A stretch of 64,000 nucleotides of DNA from Candidatus Sumerlaeaceae bacterium (GCA_026418615.1 JAOAAY010000004.1:32874-96873), one strand, 5' to 3'. Positions 10,117 to 20,956 are shown, numbered from the stretch's first letter. Numbers and translations are program-made. Notes: generated from the letters alone by a model not told the origin.

Positions 10117-13100
10117 ATGAAACACTGTTTTCTTGTGCCGGTGTGGCTTTTCGTTTGTGCCGGTCTGACGCTCTCCGCGGCGAGAAGCGAGCCCGCCACG
10201 CACACCGCCCAGACCGCCGTGGCCCTGTGGGAGCAACTTCCCCTCGCATTTGAGCCCAATGTCGGGCAGGCGCCGCCGGATGCGCTTTTCGTGTCCCGCG
10301 GAAAAGGCTACGCCGTTTCCCTTTGCCGCGATGCCATTTTGGTCGGGCTGGAACGGCGGCCGCGCACGGACCGATCCATGCGGAGCCGGCTGACCTCCGC
10401 CGGGCCGGACATCACCACCGCCGGAGTCGCCATCCGGTTTTCCGGAGTGGCGCCCGATGTGTCCTTCCACCCCGCGGAACGGCTGCCGGGTGTTGCCCAC
10501 TATTATTATGGGCGCGACGCCGGCACCTGGCACACCCATGTGCCTCGCTACGCGCGGGTCGAAGCGCGGGGGCTATACCCCGGCATTGACCTTGCCGTGT
10601 ACGGCAACCCGCTCGAATTGGAGTTCGACCTCGTCGTGGCGCCGGGCGCCGACCCTCACGCCGCCGCGCTCGAAGTCACGGGCGGCGAGTGCCGGCTTCA
10701 GCCCGACGGCTCGCTCAGCATCGCCACCGCGGCCGGCGCTCTCATTCTCCATGCCCCCGTCGCTTATCAGATCGCCGACGGGGGTCAGCGCCGGATTCCC
10801 GCCGAATTTGTCCTCGCAGAGGCCAGCCGCGTGTCGTTCCGCGTCGGCGAATACGACAAGACTCTGCCCCTCGTCATTGACCCGGTTCTCAGTTACTCCA
10901 CTTATATCGGCGGCTCGGGGACGGACGAAGTGCACGCCATTGCCGTGGATGCCTCGGGTCGCGTCTATGTCACGGGCAGCACGACAGGGAGTTTTCCAAC
11001 CAAGACAGGCTCGTACGATGTCTCGTTCAACGGGGTGTCCGATGTTTTTATTACGAAACTGAACCCCACGGCAGGCAGCGGCAGCGCCGCGCTCGTCTTC
11101 TCAACCTACCTGGGCGGATCCGGTGAGGATGAAGGCAACGGCATCGTGGTGGATTCCAGCGGCCGCCCGGTTGTCTGCGGCGTCACGGCTTCCAACAATT
11201 TCCCGTCAACAAAGTTGTTCGGGCCGCAAGGGGGGCGCGACGCTTTTATCGTCAGACTCAACTCGACCGGCTCGGCCATCTCTTACGCGGTGATCGCCGG
11301 CGGTACAGCCAATGATTTTGCCTCGGGCATCGCACTCGATGCCTCGGGCAACGCCTACATCACCGGCCTGACCGGCTCGTCCAATTTCCCGGTCAGCGGC
11401 TCCCTCCAACCCTACCGTGGCGCCGGGGATGCCTATGTGCTGAAATACCGCCCCACTTCCAACGACCTCGGTTATTCGACCTTCGTCGGCGGCACACTGT
11501 TTGACGAGGGCATCGCCATCGCGGTGGATGCGGATGGCGGAGCCATCATAACGGGCGACACGGACTCTACCAATTTCCCGCTGCAGGAGGCGTTCCAAAC
11601 CGTTTTGGGCGGCACCACCGACGCTTTTCTGACACGCGTCCGCAGCGACGCCAGCCGCCTCTCCTACAGCACCTTCCTCGGCGGCACGGGCTTCGACATC
11701 GGGTATGCCGTGGCCGTTGATGCCGGCTTCAACCCCGTGGTGACCGGTGAGACGCGGTCGTCGAACTTCCCCCTCGAAAAGGAATACGATTCCACCTACG
11801 CAGGCGGCCCGGGTGATGCTTTTGTAACCCGGTTTGGTAACGGCGGCGACGAACTGCTGTTTTCCACCTATCTCGGGGGATCCGGCGTAGATCGCGGTCT
11901 CGGTGTGGCGTACGGGCGCGACGGGTCGGTTTTTGTGGCCGGCGAGACCAACTCCGACAACTTCCCCACCGTGAGCGCCTACAGCAACTCCCGCGCCGGC
12001 TCCTTTGATCCGTTTCTCACCCGGTTCGCATCAGGCGGCAAAACGCTGATTTATTCCACCTATGCCGGCGGCACCGGCGACGACAAACCTTTCGGCCTGG
12101 CGCTCGACTCGTTTGGCCGCGCGTGGCTGGGCGGAGCCACGACCGGAGGATTCCCGACAGCCGGGAGTCCCTACCAGTCCACCTACGGCGGCAACACGGA
12201 CGGCTTCATCTCGCTGCTGGCGCCGACCGTGCGCACCTTTCAGCAGGATGTGTTCACCTCCGCGAATATTCAGCCGCCCGGATCAGCGACCGGGTGGAGC
12301 GTGCTTGCGTCTAATCCCGGACTGGCCGACGCCGACTACAGTGCCGCACTCAAAGCCCTGCGCGGCGTGATCGCGCCGGATGCATCGCGGTTCCGCATCG
12401 CCGGCTGGATCTCGAACGCGTCGGAGTGGCTCCCCTATGCCCAGATAGGCACCAGCCGGTTCGTGCGGGCAAAGTATTATCTGTTCACAGGCGGGCAGTC
12501 GAACCCGTCCTTGCTCAACACGATTCCGAACCTGCGCGTGCGCACCTCGCTGCGCTTTGCCCAGAATTCGATGCTCGAGGTCTTCCATCACGCCAACGGC
12601 GACCCGGCCAACGCCACACTGGCGCGCGAACTTCGCCCGTCTTCCGACCCGACGCGGCCCTCGCTCTACCGCGTGGACATGGATCCTGTGGATGTACCCT
12701 ATCTGGCGGCCAATAGCGCCGTGGAGGGCGTCCTGCGAGCCATGGAAGCCTATGCACTCGACCCGCAGGACAACGGGTATATTGCCATGAGCGAGAGCAT
12801 CATCGGCTCGTACGCTGCCACAGCCCTGCCCTCCGGAGTGGATCCGGTGCAGTCTTACAACACCTCGGACGCCGGGGCCGGAAGCCTCGCGGTGGTCAAT
12901 CCGGCGACGGAACTCGACCTGTATTGCCTGATCCTCGGCACGCTGCCGGGAGAATTCGGCACGCGTGATCCCGACCCGGCGACCACCAAACCATCCTACT
13001 GGGAGAACAGCGCCGGCGTCACCCTTGACGCGACCAGCGTCGCGACCGACCGCGTCGGGATTGGCAGCCGCGAATTCAACCCGGGCGCTTCACAGACGGC

Positions 13101-13602
13101 GCGTGCCCGCGTCCGCGAAGGGCGCCAGTATCTCATCCGTTGGCATGTGACCAGCACTCAGTTGTCCAACCGAAACGCTGGTCTTCGGCTGCGCGGCCGG
13201 ACAGCGAAGTTTGCCTGGTCGCAAAAACTCGAACTGGGCGGCGCTTGGGCCACCGGCAGCGGCCTCAATGCCAACAATAGCATTGCCCAGCAGTTGCTGC
13301 CCGGTATCGGATGTCAGAATCCCAGCAAAATTGATAACGAGAACGGCGGCTGGTACAACATGTTTATGCATACGCCCATGAGCGTGGACATCCGACCGGA
13401 TGTCGCGGGTGTCTTGAGCGACCGCATGCCAAACCTTTCGGCGCAGCCGGGGCCGGGCGCAAATGCTGCCTCGCGCCGCGACCTGCTGCTCGGCGCTGAC
13501 CTCGTGGACTCGATCTCCGGCGGAACTAATGCGGGTCTTGAACGCGGCAACTTCACCGTGGATCGCATAGATGTGTACGATTACCCGCTGGTGGATGACT
13601 GA
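10117..13602 (+). CDS. large secreted beta-propeller (SBBP) repeat protein
   Basis: Signal peptide MKHCFLVPVWLFVCAGLTLSAA. More than 12 tandem copies of the SBBP unit [YSTYLGGSGxDxGxGIAVDxxGxxYVTGxTxSxNFP] (e.g. TGSSNFPVSG, TRSSNFPLEK, TNSDNFPTVS). 1161 aa. Confidence 0.75.
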   Translation: MKHCFLVPVWLFVCAGLTLSAARSEPATHTAQTAVALWEQLPLAFEPNVGQAPPDALFVSRGKGYAVSLCRDAILVGLERRPRTDRSMRSRLTSAGPDITTAGVAIRFSGVAPDVSFHPAERLPGVAHYYYGRDAGTWHTHVPRYARVEARGLYPGIDLAVYGNPLELEFDLVVAPGADPHAAALEVTGGECRLQPDGSLSIATAAGALILHAPVAYQIADGGQRRIPAEFVLAEASRVSFRVGEYDKTLPLVIDPVLSYSTYIGGSGTDEVHAIAVDASGRVYVTGSTTGSFPTKTGSYDVSFNGVSDVFITKLNPTAGSGSAALVFSTYLGGSGEDEGNGIVVDSSGRPVVCGVTASNNFPSTKLFGPQGGRDAFIVRLNSTGSAISYAVIAGGTANDFASGIALDASGNAYITGLTGSSNFPVSGSLQPYRGAGDAYVLKYRPTSNDLGYSTFVGGTLFDEGIAIAVDADGGAIITGDTDSTNFPLQEAFQTVLGGTTDAFLTRVRSDASRLSYSTFLGGTGFDIGYAVAVDAGFNPVVTGETRSSNFPLEKEYDSTYAGGPGDAFVTRFGNGGDELLFSTYLGGSGVDRGLGVAYGRDGSVFVAGETNSDNFPTVSAYSNSRAGSFDPFLTRFASGGKTLIYSTYAGGTGDDKPFGLALDSFGRAWLGGATTGGFPTAGSPYQSTYGGNTDGFISLLAPTVRTFQQDVFTSANIQPPGSATGWSVLASNPGLADADYSAALKALRGVIAPDASRFRIAGWISNASEWLPYAQIGTSRFVRAKYYLFTGGQSNPSLLNTIPNLRVRTSLRFAQNSMLEVFHHANGDPANATLARELRPSSDPTRPSLYRVDMDPVDVPYLAANSAVEGVLRAMEAYALDPQDNGYIAMSESIIGSYAATALPSGVDPVQSYNTSDAGAGSLAVVNPATELDLYCLILGTLPGEFGTRDPDPATTKPSYWENSAGVTLDATSVATDRVGIGSREFNPGASQTARARVREGRQYLIRWHVTSTQLSNRNAGLRLRGRTAKFAWSQKLELGGAWATGSGLNANNSIAQQLLPGIGCQNPSKIDNENGGWYNMFMHTPMSVDIRPDVAGVLSDRMPNLSAQPGPGANAASRRDLLLGADLVDSISGGTNAGLERGNFTVDRIDVYDYPLVDD

Positions 13603-13620
13603 GAAGGCCGCCGCCCCGTT

Positions 13621-15024
13621 TCATTCGCCGCGCAACACCTTGTTAGCAGCAAGGAGCGCTGCGCGCAGATCACCGCCAGCATTGTCATTCAAATACTTGA
13701 TTCGGCCATCCTTGTCCGCAACCACCACCGCCACATTGTTGTCGGCAAAGCCCATGTCGCCGCGGAGCGATTTGCGCTGGCCGGCGTAACTGGGGAAGAA
13801 ATACGGGGTTTGCTTGCCGAAAAATTGGCTGGTTAAAGCGTCCGCATAGTCGGACAGCAGGAAATATGGTGGCTGTTTGTCCAGATATTTCTCAAACAGA
13901 TCGCTCAGATTAACCGATCGCACGACGAAAATCACAGGCGACGGCTCCTCCAGATCGCGATTCACCGTGTCCAAAACAGCCTCGACACCCAGGGTCAGGG
14001 CGGAACCATACGGGCTTGGTGTTCCCATGAAAGGGTTGTTCTGGGGCAGCAACTCCCCAAACACCAGGACAACATGGCCGGTGGAGGCGGCAGCGGAGAG
14101 GACATCGTCGCGGCTCACGAGGCGTCGCCCGAAAAACTCGACCCGGGCGAAATCCGGCAATTCCTCGATCTTGCGCGGGGGCTCTGCCTCCAACTTATTC
14201 AGATCGCCATCCAGCACGGCCACAACGACTTCAGAGAAATCCTTGGCGATCTTTTCCGCAACAATCCTGGCCGACCCAAGCGATAGCGAATCGCGCAGCG
14301 TACCCGCTGCGGACTTTGACGCCGTGCCCGGTACGACGCCCGTTAGACTGGCCGACCACGGCTGACTCGGCGAGGCGGGTACATCCAGGATGGGAGACAC
14401 CGTGACCGTCAACCGGGTGCTGCCGAGCACTTGGGACCCCTGAGCAGACAGCCGTGAGCGCAGTTCCATGCTCCCGCCAAAACCCCGGACACTGCGGCTG
14501 TTGAAGGTTAGCACGATCGTGAACGGCAGGTCGGTGAGACCGTTCGCACCCACGGGCGTGATCTTCTCGCGCAGCGGCACGGTCACCTCGTTGCCCAGCG
14601 TCAGCCACCCCTCCACCACATTCGTCAGGTTGCCCTGCCCCTTGCCCGGTTCCGCCACGACAAGAAGGTCTATTATTTCGGGAGCACTCCGCGCGAGGCA
14701 TTTGCTCGCATCAGCAAAACGGGTGAATGCGTGATAGGTTTTTCCGTGTATCACGCCCAGATTCACATAGTGCGAATACGAGGCGGCCGCACGGCTGGCA
14801 AACCGCCGGGGAACACTCTCCGTCTCAAAAGTGCTGCGGCTGCGCGCAACAGACTCCTGATCGCTGCCAGCCAACATGGCGTCGAGCCGGAGCGTGACCC
14901 GTGGAAGATCAGGCGACAGGTTTGACTGCAGCACTTCGTATTCCGTGGCGCCGTGCGCCAAGCCAGCCCCGGCGACAACAACGCAGACAACAGCCAGTAG
15001 CATGGCACTTCTCGGTAAACTCAT
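13621..15024 (-). CDS. hypothetical secreted protein
   Basis: 467 aa ORF with signal peptide MSLPRSAMLLAVVCVVVAGAGLAHG. Convergent with the SBBP gene. No recognised motif. Confidence 0.5.
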   Translation of the reverse strand: MSLPRSAMLLAVVCVVVAGAGLAHGATEYEVLQSNLSPDLPRVTLRLDAMLAGSDQESVARSRSTFETESVPRRFASRAAASYSHYVNLGVIHGKTYHAFTRFADASKCLARSAPEIIDLLVVAEPGKGQGNLTNVVEGWLTLGNEVTVPLREKITPVGANGLTDLPFTIVLTFNSRSVRGFGGSMELRSRLSAQGSQVLGSTRLTVTVSPILDVPASPSQPWSASLTGVVPGTASKSAAGTLRDSLSLGSARIVAEKIAKDFSEVVVAVLDGDLNKLEAEPPRKIEELPDFARVEFFGRRLVSRDDVLSAAASTGHVVLVFGELLPQNNPFMGTPSPYGSALTLGVEAVLDTVNRDLEEPSPVIFVVRSVNLSDLFEKYLDKQPPYFLLSDYADALTSQFFGKQTPYFFPSYAGQRKSLRGDMGFADNNVAVVVADKDGRIKYLNDNAGGDLRAALLAANKVLRGE

Positions 15025-15115
15025 GTCAGCCCCCTTTACCTGAGCATACTTTCACGCCTCTTTGGGCTGAGCCGCTCGGAAACGGCAAGTGCTAACGAGA
15101 CAGCCGACGCTCGGC

Positions 15116-16225
15116 TTAAACGCGCTCGCGCGGACGGCGCTGGCCCTGCTGCTGGCCGGAGACTTCCCCGCGCCCCGCAGCCCGCTGGACCTCGCCCGAA
15201 TCCGTCCCCGCATCCGCCGCCCGGGCAAACACCATGCGCCCCGCGGGCGTCTGAAGGATGCTCGTCACCACAACATCCACCTCTGTGCCGATACGGCTGC
15301 GGCCCTCTTCGATGACGACCATCGTTCCGTCCTCAAGGTAACCAACGCCCTGATGCGGTTCCTTTCCTTCGCGCGCGACATAGATGTTCATCTCCTCGCC
15401 CACGAAGACCGACGGCTTGAGGACATTGGCCAGTTCGTTGATGTTGAGCACGCGAACATTGTGCAATTGGGCGACCTTCTGCAGGTTGTAATCGTTGGTC
15501 AGAATCTCGCCGCCGAGTTCCTTGGCCAGCGAGATCAACTTGTGGTCCACATCCTTCAGATCCGGATAATCCTTTTCCCAAATGGCCAGACGCGGCGCCA
15601 GTTCGCGGATCTCGTCGAGGATGTGCAGGCCGCGCCGGCCGCGCGCGCGTTTCTTGCCGTCGGCCGAGTCGGCGATGCGGTGCAGTTCGTCGAGGACAAA
15701 TTCCGGCAGCAGCAGGTTACCGGACAGGAAATTAGTGGCCAGCAGGTCCTTGATGCGGCCGTCAATGATGACGCTGGTATCCAGGATTTTCGCGGTTTCG
15801 CCCGGCGAGGCGAGAATGAAATTCAGGCGCGAGAAACTGATCCGATGGTCGTGCTTGAGCGCCAGAATAATGCCGAAATATCCGAACAGCAGATTGCACA
15901 GGATCCGCGCCTTCAACTGGCCGTCCGCAACATCATCGCTCAGGATCTTGGGCGGAATGGTCGGATAAATGAACCATGCCATGACCAGCCCGACCAGCAT
16001 CCCCAGCGAGGCTAACAGAATTTTCTTTGATGAAACGATGTTCGTCGCCACCTCGAACACCACAAACACGATGGCCACGAGCAACGCTACAGCGGCAAAC
16101 TGATTGCCCAGCGAGGGGGTGTAGCCCCGACCGAGCCAGTAACCCACGAGGGTGGTGATGAGCACGAAAAACAACCGCGCCACCGCCACGGGATTTCGAA
16201 TGAAGTTCATCACTTGAGCGGCCAC
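15116..16225 (-). CDS. PIN/TRAM domain membrane protein (YacL-like)
   Basis: N-terminal TM helices, a PIN-like core (ILDTSVIIDGRI...), and a C-terminal TRAM-like beta-barrel (GEEMNIYVAREGKEPHQGVGYLEDGTMVVIEEG). An alternative start lies at 16210. Confidence 0.75.
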   Translation of the reverse strand: MAAQVMNFIRNPVAVARLFFVLITTLVGYWLGRGYTPSLGNQFAAVALLVAIVFVVFEVATNIVSSKKILLASLGMLVGLVMAWFIYPTIPPKILSDDVADGQLKARILCNLLFGYFGIILALKHDHRISFSRLNFILASPGETAKILDTSVIIDGRIKDLLATNFLSGNLLLPEFVLDELHRIADSADGKKRARGRRGLHILDEIRELAPRLAIWEKDYPDLKDVDHKLISLAKELGGEILTNDYNLQKVAQLHNVRVLNINELANVLKPSVFVGEEMNIYVAREGKEPHQGVGYLEDGTMVVIEEGRSRIGTEVDVVVTSILQTPAGRMVFARAADAGTDSGEVQRAAGRGEVSGQQQGQRRPRERV

Positions 16226-16271
16226 CCTATTGTCTGCTTGAAACGGCCCGTCAGCGTTTCAGACTTTATCA

Positions 16272-17678
16272 ATGGATTCTTTGTCCGGCAACCGCCAAAC
16301 TCAAGGCAAATCTTCCTGCTGCGGGGCTGCACCAGGCCGGGTGGCCGCCTTGCGCGCCCTGCGTCGGGTGACCGCAACCGCCGCCGCCGACAGCAGCGAG
16401 GCCCTGAACCAAGCCATCGGCGAACTGGGCCTGGACGAGCGCGACGCGCGCCTCGCCACAGCCCTGACCCTCGGCGTCTTGCGCCATCATCTCTTCCTCA
16501 TGCACCAAGTGAGCCGTTTTGTGAATCGAAAGCCGTCGCCGGAAACGGCTCTTCTCTTGCAGATGGTTGCGGCTCAGCGGTTTCTGCTCGAGCGCATCCC
16601 CCCTCATGCCGCGGTGGACGACGCGGTGCGGCTGGCAACCGGCGAAATGCGCCTTGGCCCCCACGAAATAGGCTTCGTCAACGCAGTCGCCCGCCGGATC
16701 GCGGCCTCACCCGGCCCCGACCTCACGCCCCCGCAAGATCGTAATCGTTATCTTATGATTAGACACTCGATACCGCCGCCGCTCTTCCGAATCGCTCGCG
16801 AGCGTTTCGGCGAGACCGTCCTCGAGGATGTCCTCGAGGCCATGAACCACGAGCCATCCCTGACGCTGCGCGCCAACCGCTTGCGGACCACGCGCGAGGA
16901 TCTCTCGGCCGCCCTGGCCGATCTTGGCGTGCAGACTCATCCGGGCCATTACGCGCCCGATGCGCTGATCGCGCAGGATCCGGCTGACCTCCCGAGACTG
17001 CTGCGATCCGACCCTTGGAAGGCCGGGCTGTTTTATGTGCAGGACGAGGCAAGCCAACTGGTAGCCGTCATGGCGGCTCCCCAACCCGGCGAGCGCGTGC
17101 TCGACCTGTGCGCCGCACCCGGCGGAAAATGTCTTCACGCCGCTGAGATCACAGCCGGACAATCATTCATCGTGGCAACGGATGTTTCCCCCCAGCGCCT
17201 TGAATTGCTCAAAAGTAACATTCAACGGCTGGGCACGCCGGGGCTGGAATTGCGCACTCCCGATTCCCTGCCCCGCGACAAAAGGTTCGACTTGGTGCTG
17301 GTGGACGCGCCGTGTTCGGGCATCGGAACCGTGCGTCGTCACCCGGAGATCAAACTACGGATGGGACGCACTGGGCGACGCAGCCTCAAGCAACACCAGG
17401 AGCGCCAAATCGAACTGTTATGCCGTGCAGCCGACCTGACCGCACCCGGCGGACGCATCGTCTATAGCACCTGCTCATTCGCCCGCGAGGAAAACGCCGA
17501 AGCGGTGGCGAAATTCCTCGAGGTTCGCCGGGATTTCGAAGTCGCACGGAATTGGCCCCTGCCGGCCGCCTTGATCCCCTTGCGAGACCCGGACGGATTC
17601 TTGCGGACTTGGCCCAAAGCCTTGGCATTGGACGGGTTCGAAATGTGCGTGCTCCTGCATCGCACTAACAGCGTATGA
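16272..17678 (+). CDS. rsmB: 16S rRNA (cytosine-C5)-methyltransferase, RsmB/Sun (NOP2) family
   Basis: N-terminal NusB-like domain. Motifs DLCAAPGGK (SAM binding), DAPCSGIGTVRRHPE (catalytic Cys) and YSTCSFAREENE (second catalytic Cys). Confidence 0.85.
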   Translation: MDSLSGNRQTQGKSSCCGAAPGRVAALRALRRVTATAAADSSEALNQAIGELGLDERDARLATALTLGVLRHHLFLMHQVSRFVNRKPSPETALLLQMVAAQRFLLERIPPHAAVDDAVRLATGEMRLGPHEIGFVNAVARRIAASPGPDLTPPQDRNRYLMIRHSIPPPLFRIARERFGETVLEDVLEAMNHEPSLTLRANRLRTTREDLSAALADLGVQTHPGHYAPDALIAQDPADLPRLLRSDPWKAGLFYVQDEASQLVAVMAAPQPGERVLDLCAAPGGKCLHAAEITAGQSFIVATDVSPQRLELLKSNIQRLGTPGLELRTPDSLPRDKRFDLVLVDAPCSGIGTVRRHPEIKLRMGRTGRRSLKQHQERQIELLCRAADLTAPGGRIVYSTCSFAREENAEAVAKFLEVRRDFEVARNWPLPAALIPLRDPDGFLRTWPKALALDGFEMCVLLHRTNSV

Positions 17679-17742
17679 AGCATCCCGCAAACCGAGTCGC
17701 ACCCACCCTTGACACAGCCAAGCCTCATGCCATGCAGCCATC

Positions 17743-18315
17743 ATGTCCCCCCGGTTTTTGATCGAATTCCTGCGCGACCCTTCCGGCATTGGGGCTATCG
17801 CGCCGAGTTCCTCACGCTTGGCCAAAGCGATCACAGCAGAGATCGGCATCGAGGCGGCCCGGGTGGTGGTCGAGTACGGACCGGGGACAGGTGCCTTCAC
17901 CAAGGCCATCCTGAAACGCCTTGCGCCGGGGGCAGTGTTCTTCGCTATCGAACAAAATCCGCACATGGCCGCCGCCCTGCGGCAACGGTTCCCTTCCGTG
18001 ACGGTGTTTGAGGACAGCGTGGCTAACCTCGGGCGCCTGCTGCAGGAATCGGGCATCGAGGCGGTGGATTGCATTGTCAGCGGCCTGCCATGGGCTTCGT
18101 TCAGCAGCCGTTTACAGGACGAACTGCTCGGCCAAACACTGGCGGCGCTGCGGCCCGGCGGCCGGTTCGCAACCTTTGCCTACCTTCAGGGCCTGCTGAT
18201 GCCCGCAGGCCGGCGCTTCCGCCGAAAATTGCACGCCTGTTTCTCGCGGGTCGAGCGCTCGCCCGTGGTATGGTGCAACCTGCCTCCCGCCTTCGTCTAT
18301 CGCTGCACCCGATGA
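17743..18315 (+). CDS. class I SAM-dependent methyltransferase, PmtA (phospholipid N-methyltransferase)-like
   Basis: N-terminus FLIEFLRDPSGIGAIAPSSSRLAKAI resembles the Rhodobacter-type PmtA/rRNA-adenine-dimethylase-like family, and VVEYGPGTGAFT is a SAM-binding motif I. The functional call is an inference. Confidence 0.6.
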   Translation: MSPRFLIEFLRDPSGIGAIAPSSSRLAKAITAEIGIEAARVVVEYGPGTGAFTKAILKRLAPGAVFFAIEQNPHMAAALRQRFPSVTVFEDSVANLGRLLQESGIEAVDCIVSGLPWASFSSRLQDELLGQTLAALRPGGRFATFAYLQGLLMPAGRRFRRKLHACFSRVERSPVVWCNLPPAFVYRCTR

Positions 18316-18341
18316 GAAATCAATGACCTTGACTGATTCCG

Positions 18342-19514
18342 GTGACCACGCGCCGATGTGCCATCATGCATATTGACATCCTCTACGATCCCCAAGCCGC
18401 GGCCGCAAGCGCACGCCGCATGGAGGCTATGTTTTCGTTAGGCATGGCGGACCGGCCGCCGGTCATCTGGGGTGCATGCCCGCGGATGCTGCTGGCCCGA
18501 CGGGGCTCCTCGTTTGCGCGCTTCTTTTCCGACCCCGTCACTCAGGCGACAGAAATCCTGCTCAACCATCAGTGGCTGGCCGAACATGTGCCGGGCGACA
18601 TGGTGACCGGCCTGACCGCCGGCATCCAGCCGCAATTTGAAAATGTCTCCAATTCCCAGTCGCTGGGGGCCGGCGTCCGGTGGGACGACCACCAGCCCCC
18701 GCAGGTCTTGCCGTGCATCCATACGGTGGCCGACCTCGAGGCCTACGAGCCGCCGCCCTTGGAGGGAACCCTCTGGCAGCGCATGATGGATTGGCACCGT
18801 GAAATGAAGGCATGGCTCGAGGGGGGCGGCGTGACCGTCACCATGCGCGGGGAACCGGTCAGTGTCGGCCTCGGTCTCCACATCGGCGGCGAAAGTCCGT
18901 TTTGCGTGGCCGTGGATTTGTGCGGCGCGCTGGCGTACGAGTGGCTGGTGGAGGCGCCCGAGGCCATGCACCGCCTTCTTGGGCTGATCACCGACCGCAT
19001 GATCGAGGTCGAGCGCATGATGCGCCGCCAGACGGGCGAGCCGGAGCGCGGAACATGGTTCCTGACCGACGACTCCGCGCAGATTGTCAGTCTGCGTTCC
19101 TACCGCGAATTTGTCGCGCCCTACAGCCTGCGCTTGTACGAGACCTTTACCGGCCCCGGCGACAAGCGCGTCATGCACTTATGCGGCAACCATGCGCATC
19201 TGTATCCGGCGCTGGTGGAGGACCTGCGGATTTCCGGTATCTGGGGATTCGGCGCCCCCGTCGCCCCCGAACAAGCCCGCGACGCCGTAGGGGGGCGCAT
19301 TTGGCTGGTCGGCAATCTCGATTGCAGCCTGCTTCGCGATGGCCCGCCCGACCGCATCGTGGCCGAAACGCGGCGCTTGCTCGACGCGCTGGGCCCCTGC
19401 GGCGGCCTCGGCGTCGGAGACGGGTACAATCTTATTCCGGATACGCCGCTGGAACATCTGCGGCTCGTCGTGGACACCGTCACGCAATGGGCCGCAGCGC
19501 TCAATCGCCCATGA
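18342..19514 (+). CDS. uroporphyrinogen decarboxylase (URO-D) family protein, MtaA/CmuA-like methyltransferase paralog 1
   Basis: 390 aa with URO-D/MtaA-like TIM-barrel composition (MHLCGNHAHLYPALVE..., C-terminal GGLGVGDGYNLIPDTP). Two further paralogs lie at 29336 and 41665. Confidence 0.7.
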   Translation: MTTRRCAIMHIDILYDPQAAAASARRMEAMFSLGMADRPPVIWGACPRMLLARRGSSFARFFSDPVTQATEILLNHQWLAEHVPGDMVTGLTAGIQPQFENVSNSQSLGAGVRWDDHQPPQVLPCIHTVADLEAYEPPPLEGTLWQRMMDWHREMKAWLEGGGVTVTMRGEPVSVGLGLHIGGESPFCVAVDLCGALAYEWLVEAPEAMHRLLGLITDRMIEVERMMRRQTGEPERGTWFLTDDSAQIVSLRSYREFVAPYSLRLYETFTGPGDKRVMHLCGNHAHLYPALVEDLRISGIWGFGAPVAPEQARDAVGGRIWLVGNLDCSLLRDGPPDRIVAETRRLLDALGPCGGLGVGDGYNLIPDTPLEHLRLVVDTVTQWAAALNRP

Positions 19515-20484
19515 CGGCGTCGCGCAGCGTGTCGCCGACGATGTTGAACGCCAGCATCGTCAAACAAATGGCCGCCGCAGGAAAAAACAGGAGATAGGGC
19601 GCCGCGCGCAGGTTGCTTGCTCCCTCGGCAGCCAGCGACCCCCAACTGGCATCCGGCGCAGGCACGCCCAACCCGATGTAACTCAGGAACGCCTCGGCGA
19701 AAATCGCCTCCGGGATGAACAGAGTCACCGTCACAAGGATGACGCCCGCGCAATTGGGCAGCAGATGGCAGCCGACGACTCGCACGGGGCCCGCCCCCAA
19801 CGCGCGTGCGGCCTGCACAAAATCCCGCTCCTTCAGGGCCAGCACCTCGCCTCGGACGAGGCGGGCCATGTTCAGCCAGTAGGTGAGCCCGATGGCCAAG
19901 TAGATATTAGCCACACCTTGCTCGAGCCAGACCATCAGCAGGATGACCAGCAGGATGGTCGGAATACCGTAAAGGATTTCCACAACCCGCATGAGCAGGT
20001 CGTCCACGCGGCCGCCCGCATACCCCGCCAAGGCCCCCACGCCAACCCCGACCACGAGGTTGATCAGTCCGGCCACGAGCGCGATCTGAAGCGAGATGCG
20101 CGCGCCGGCCAACACGCGCGCCAGCATGTCGCGTCCGAGAGCATCCGTACCGAAGGGATGCGTGCGCGATGGCGGCTGGTACACGGCCGAATAATTGGCC
20201 GTGTTGGGTTCATGCGGCAGCAGGGGTGCCAAGCCCCACGCAGCCGCAACCAGCAGGGCCAGAAAGATGAGGCTGGCTACGGCGGCGCGGTCGCGCACGA
20301 TCCGGCGGACTGCCGCCCGCGCGGGCGAGACGGGCGCGGCGTCGCCCGCCGGCGTCAGAAAAAGGTCAGTCCGGGCTGGCCGCGGCGCCACCGGACTCGG
20401 CCCCGGGAGCAGCCGGCTCAGGATCCGGCCCACGGTCAAGATAACGGTTGATCTCGTCCACAATCGCCGCAACCGCCTCTTCAT
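19501..20484 (-). CDS. ABC transporter permease, oligopeptide/dipeptide (OppC/DppC) family
   Basis: PFGTDALGRDMLARVLAGARISL N-terminal OppC motif and the EAA-like loop ALKERDFVQAARALGAGPVRV. No cognate ATPase or SBP is nearby. The true start is probably internal or non-ATG, because the longest ORF overlaps the upstream gene. Confidence 0.8.
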   Translation of the reverse strand: MKRRLRRLWTRSTVILTVGRILSRLLPGPSPVAPRPARTDLFLTPAGDAAPVSPARAAVRRIVRDRAAVASLIFLALLVAAAWGLAPLLPHEPNTANYSAVYQPPSRTHPFGTDALGRDMLARVLAGARISLQIALVAGLINLVVGVGVGALAGYAGGRVDDLLMRVVEILYGIPTILLVILLMVWLEQGVANIYLAIGLTYWLNMARLVRGEVLALKERDFVQAARALGAGPVRVVGCHLLPNCAGVILVTVTLFIPEAIFAEAFLSYIGLGVPAPDASWGSLAAEGASNLRAAPYLLFFPAAAICLTMLAFNIVGDTLRDAVMGD

Positions 20485-20956
20485 CCGGGGGAGTCGCCGT
20501 CACGCTGACTTCCTCGTCCGTCGCCGTGTTGCGGAAAGTGACGGTTTCGGCGCCCGTCTCGTCGTCACGGTCTGTGCGCAGCCACTTAAAGACCTGAAAC
20601 TTCATCAGCAGGTGCGAGATGACATATAAACGCTGGGCGTTTGCGGCCGCATCCTGCGCCAGCCAGTCAAAATAGGATAGAAGGATGGCGTTGCGCTCGC
20701 GTTTGTTTGCGCGCGTGTCGGGCTTGGGCGGTTCGCGGCGGGCAATCCAGAAGCCATAGTAGCCGCGCTCGCGCACCTCAGGCCAGCATTGCTCGCAAAA
20801 ATCTTCGCGCAGCGGTTCCGCGCCGGCCTCGTCGTCGTCGTCCGGGACCACGGCAAGCACCGACGGGTGCTTCCCACCGGCGGCGATGGCTGCGCCGCAT
20901 TTGGCGCAGGTGTTGCGCGGGCGCGCAATCTTCAGGTAAATCTCTCGGCTCAACAT
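20366..20956 (-). CDS. hypothetical protein with putative C4 zinc-ribbon
   Basis: CAKCG...CEQC cysteine pairs and an acidic C-terminus. Co-directional with the flanking genes. Confidence 0.45.
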   Translation of the reverse strand: MLSREIYLKIARPRNTCAKCGAAIAAGGKHPSVLAVVPDDDDEAGAEPLREDFCEQCWPEVRERGYYGFWIARREPPKPDTRANKRERNAILLSYFDWLAQDAAANAQRLYVISHLLMKFQVFKWLRTDRDDETGAETVTFRNTATDEEVSVTATPPDEEAVAAIVDEINRYLDRGPDPEPAAPGAESGGAAASPD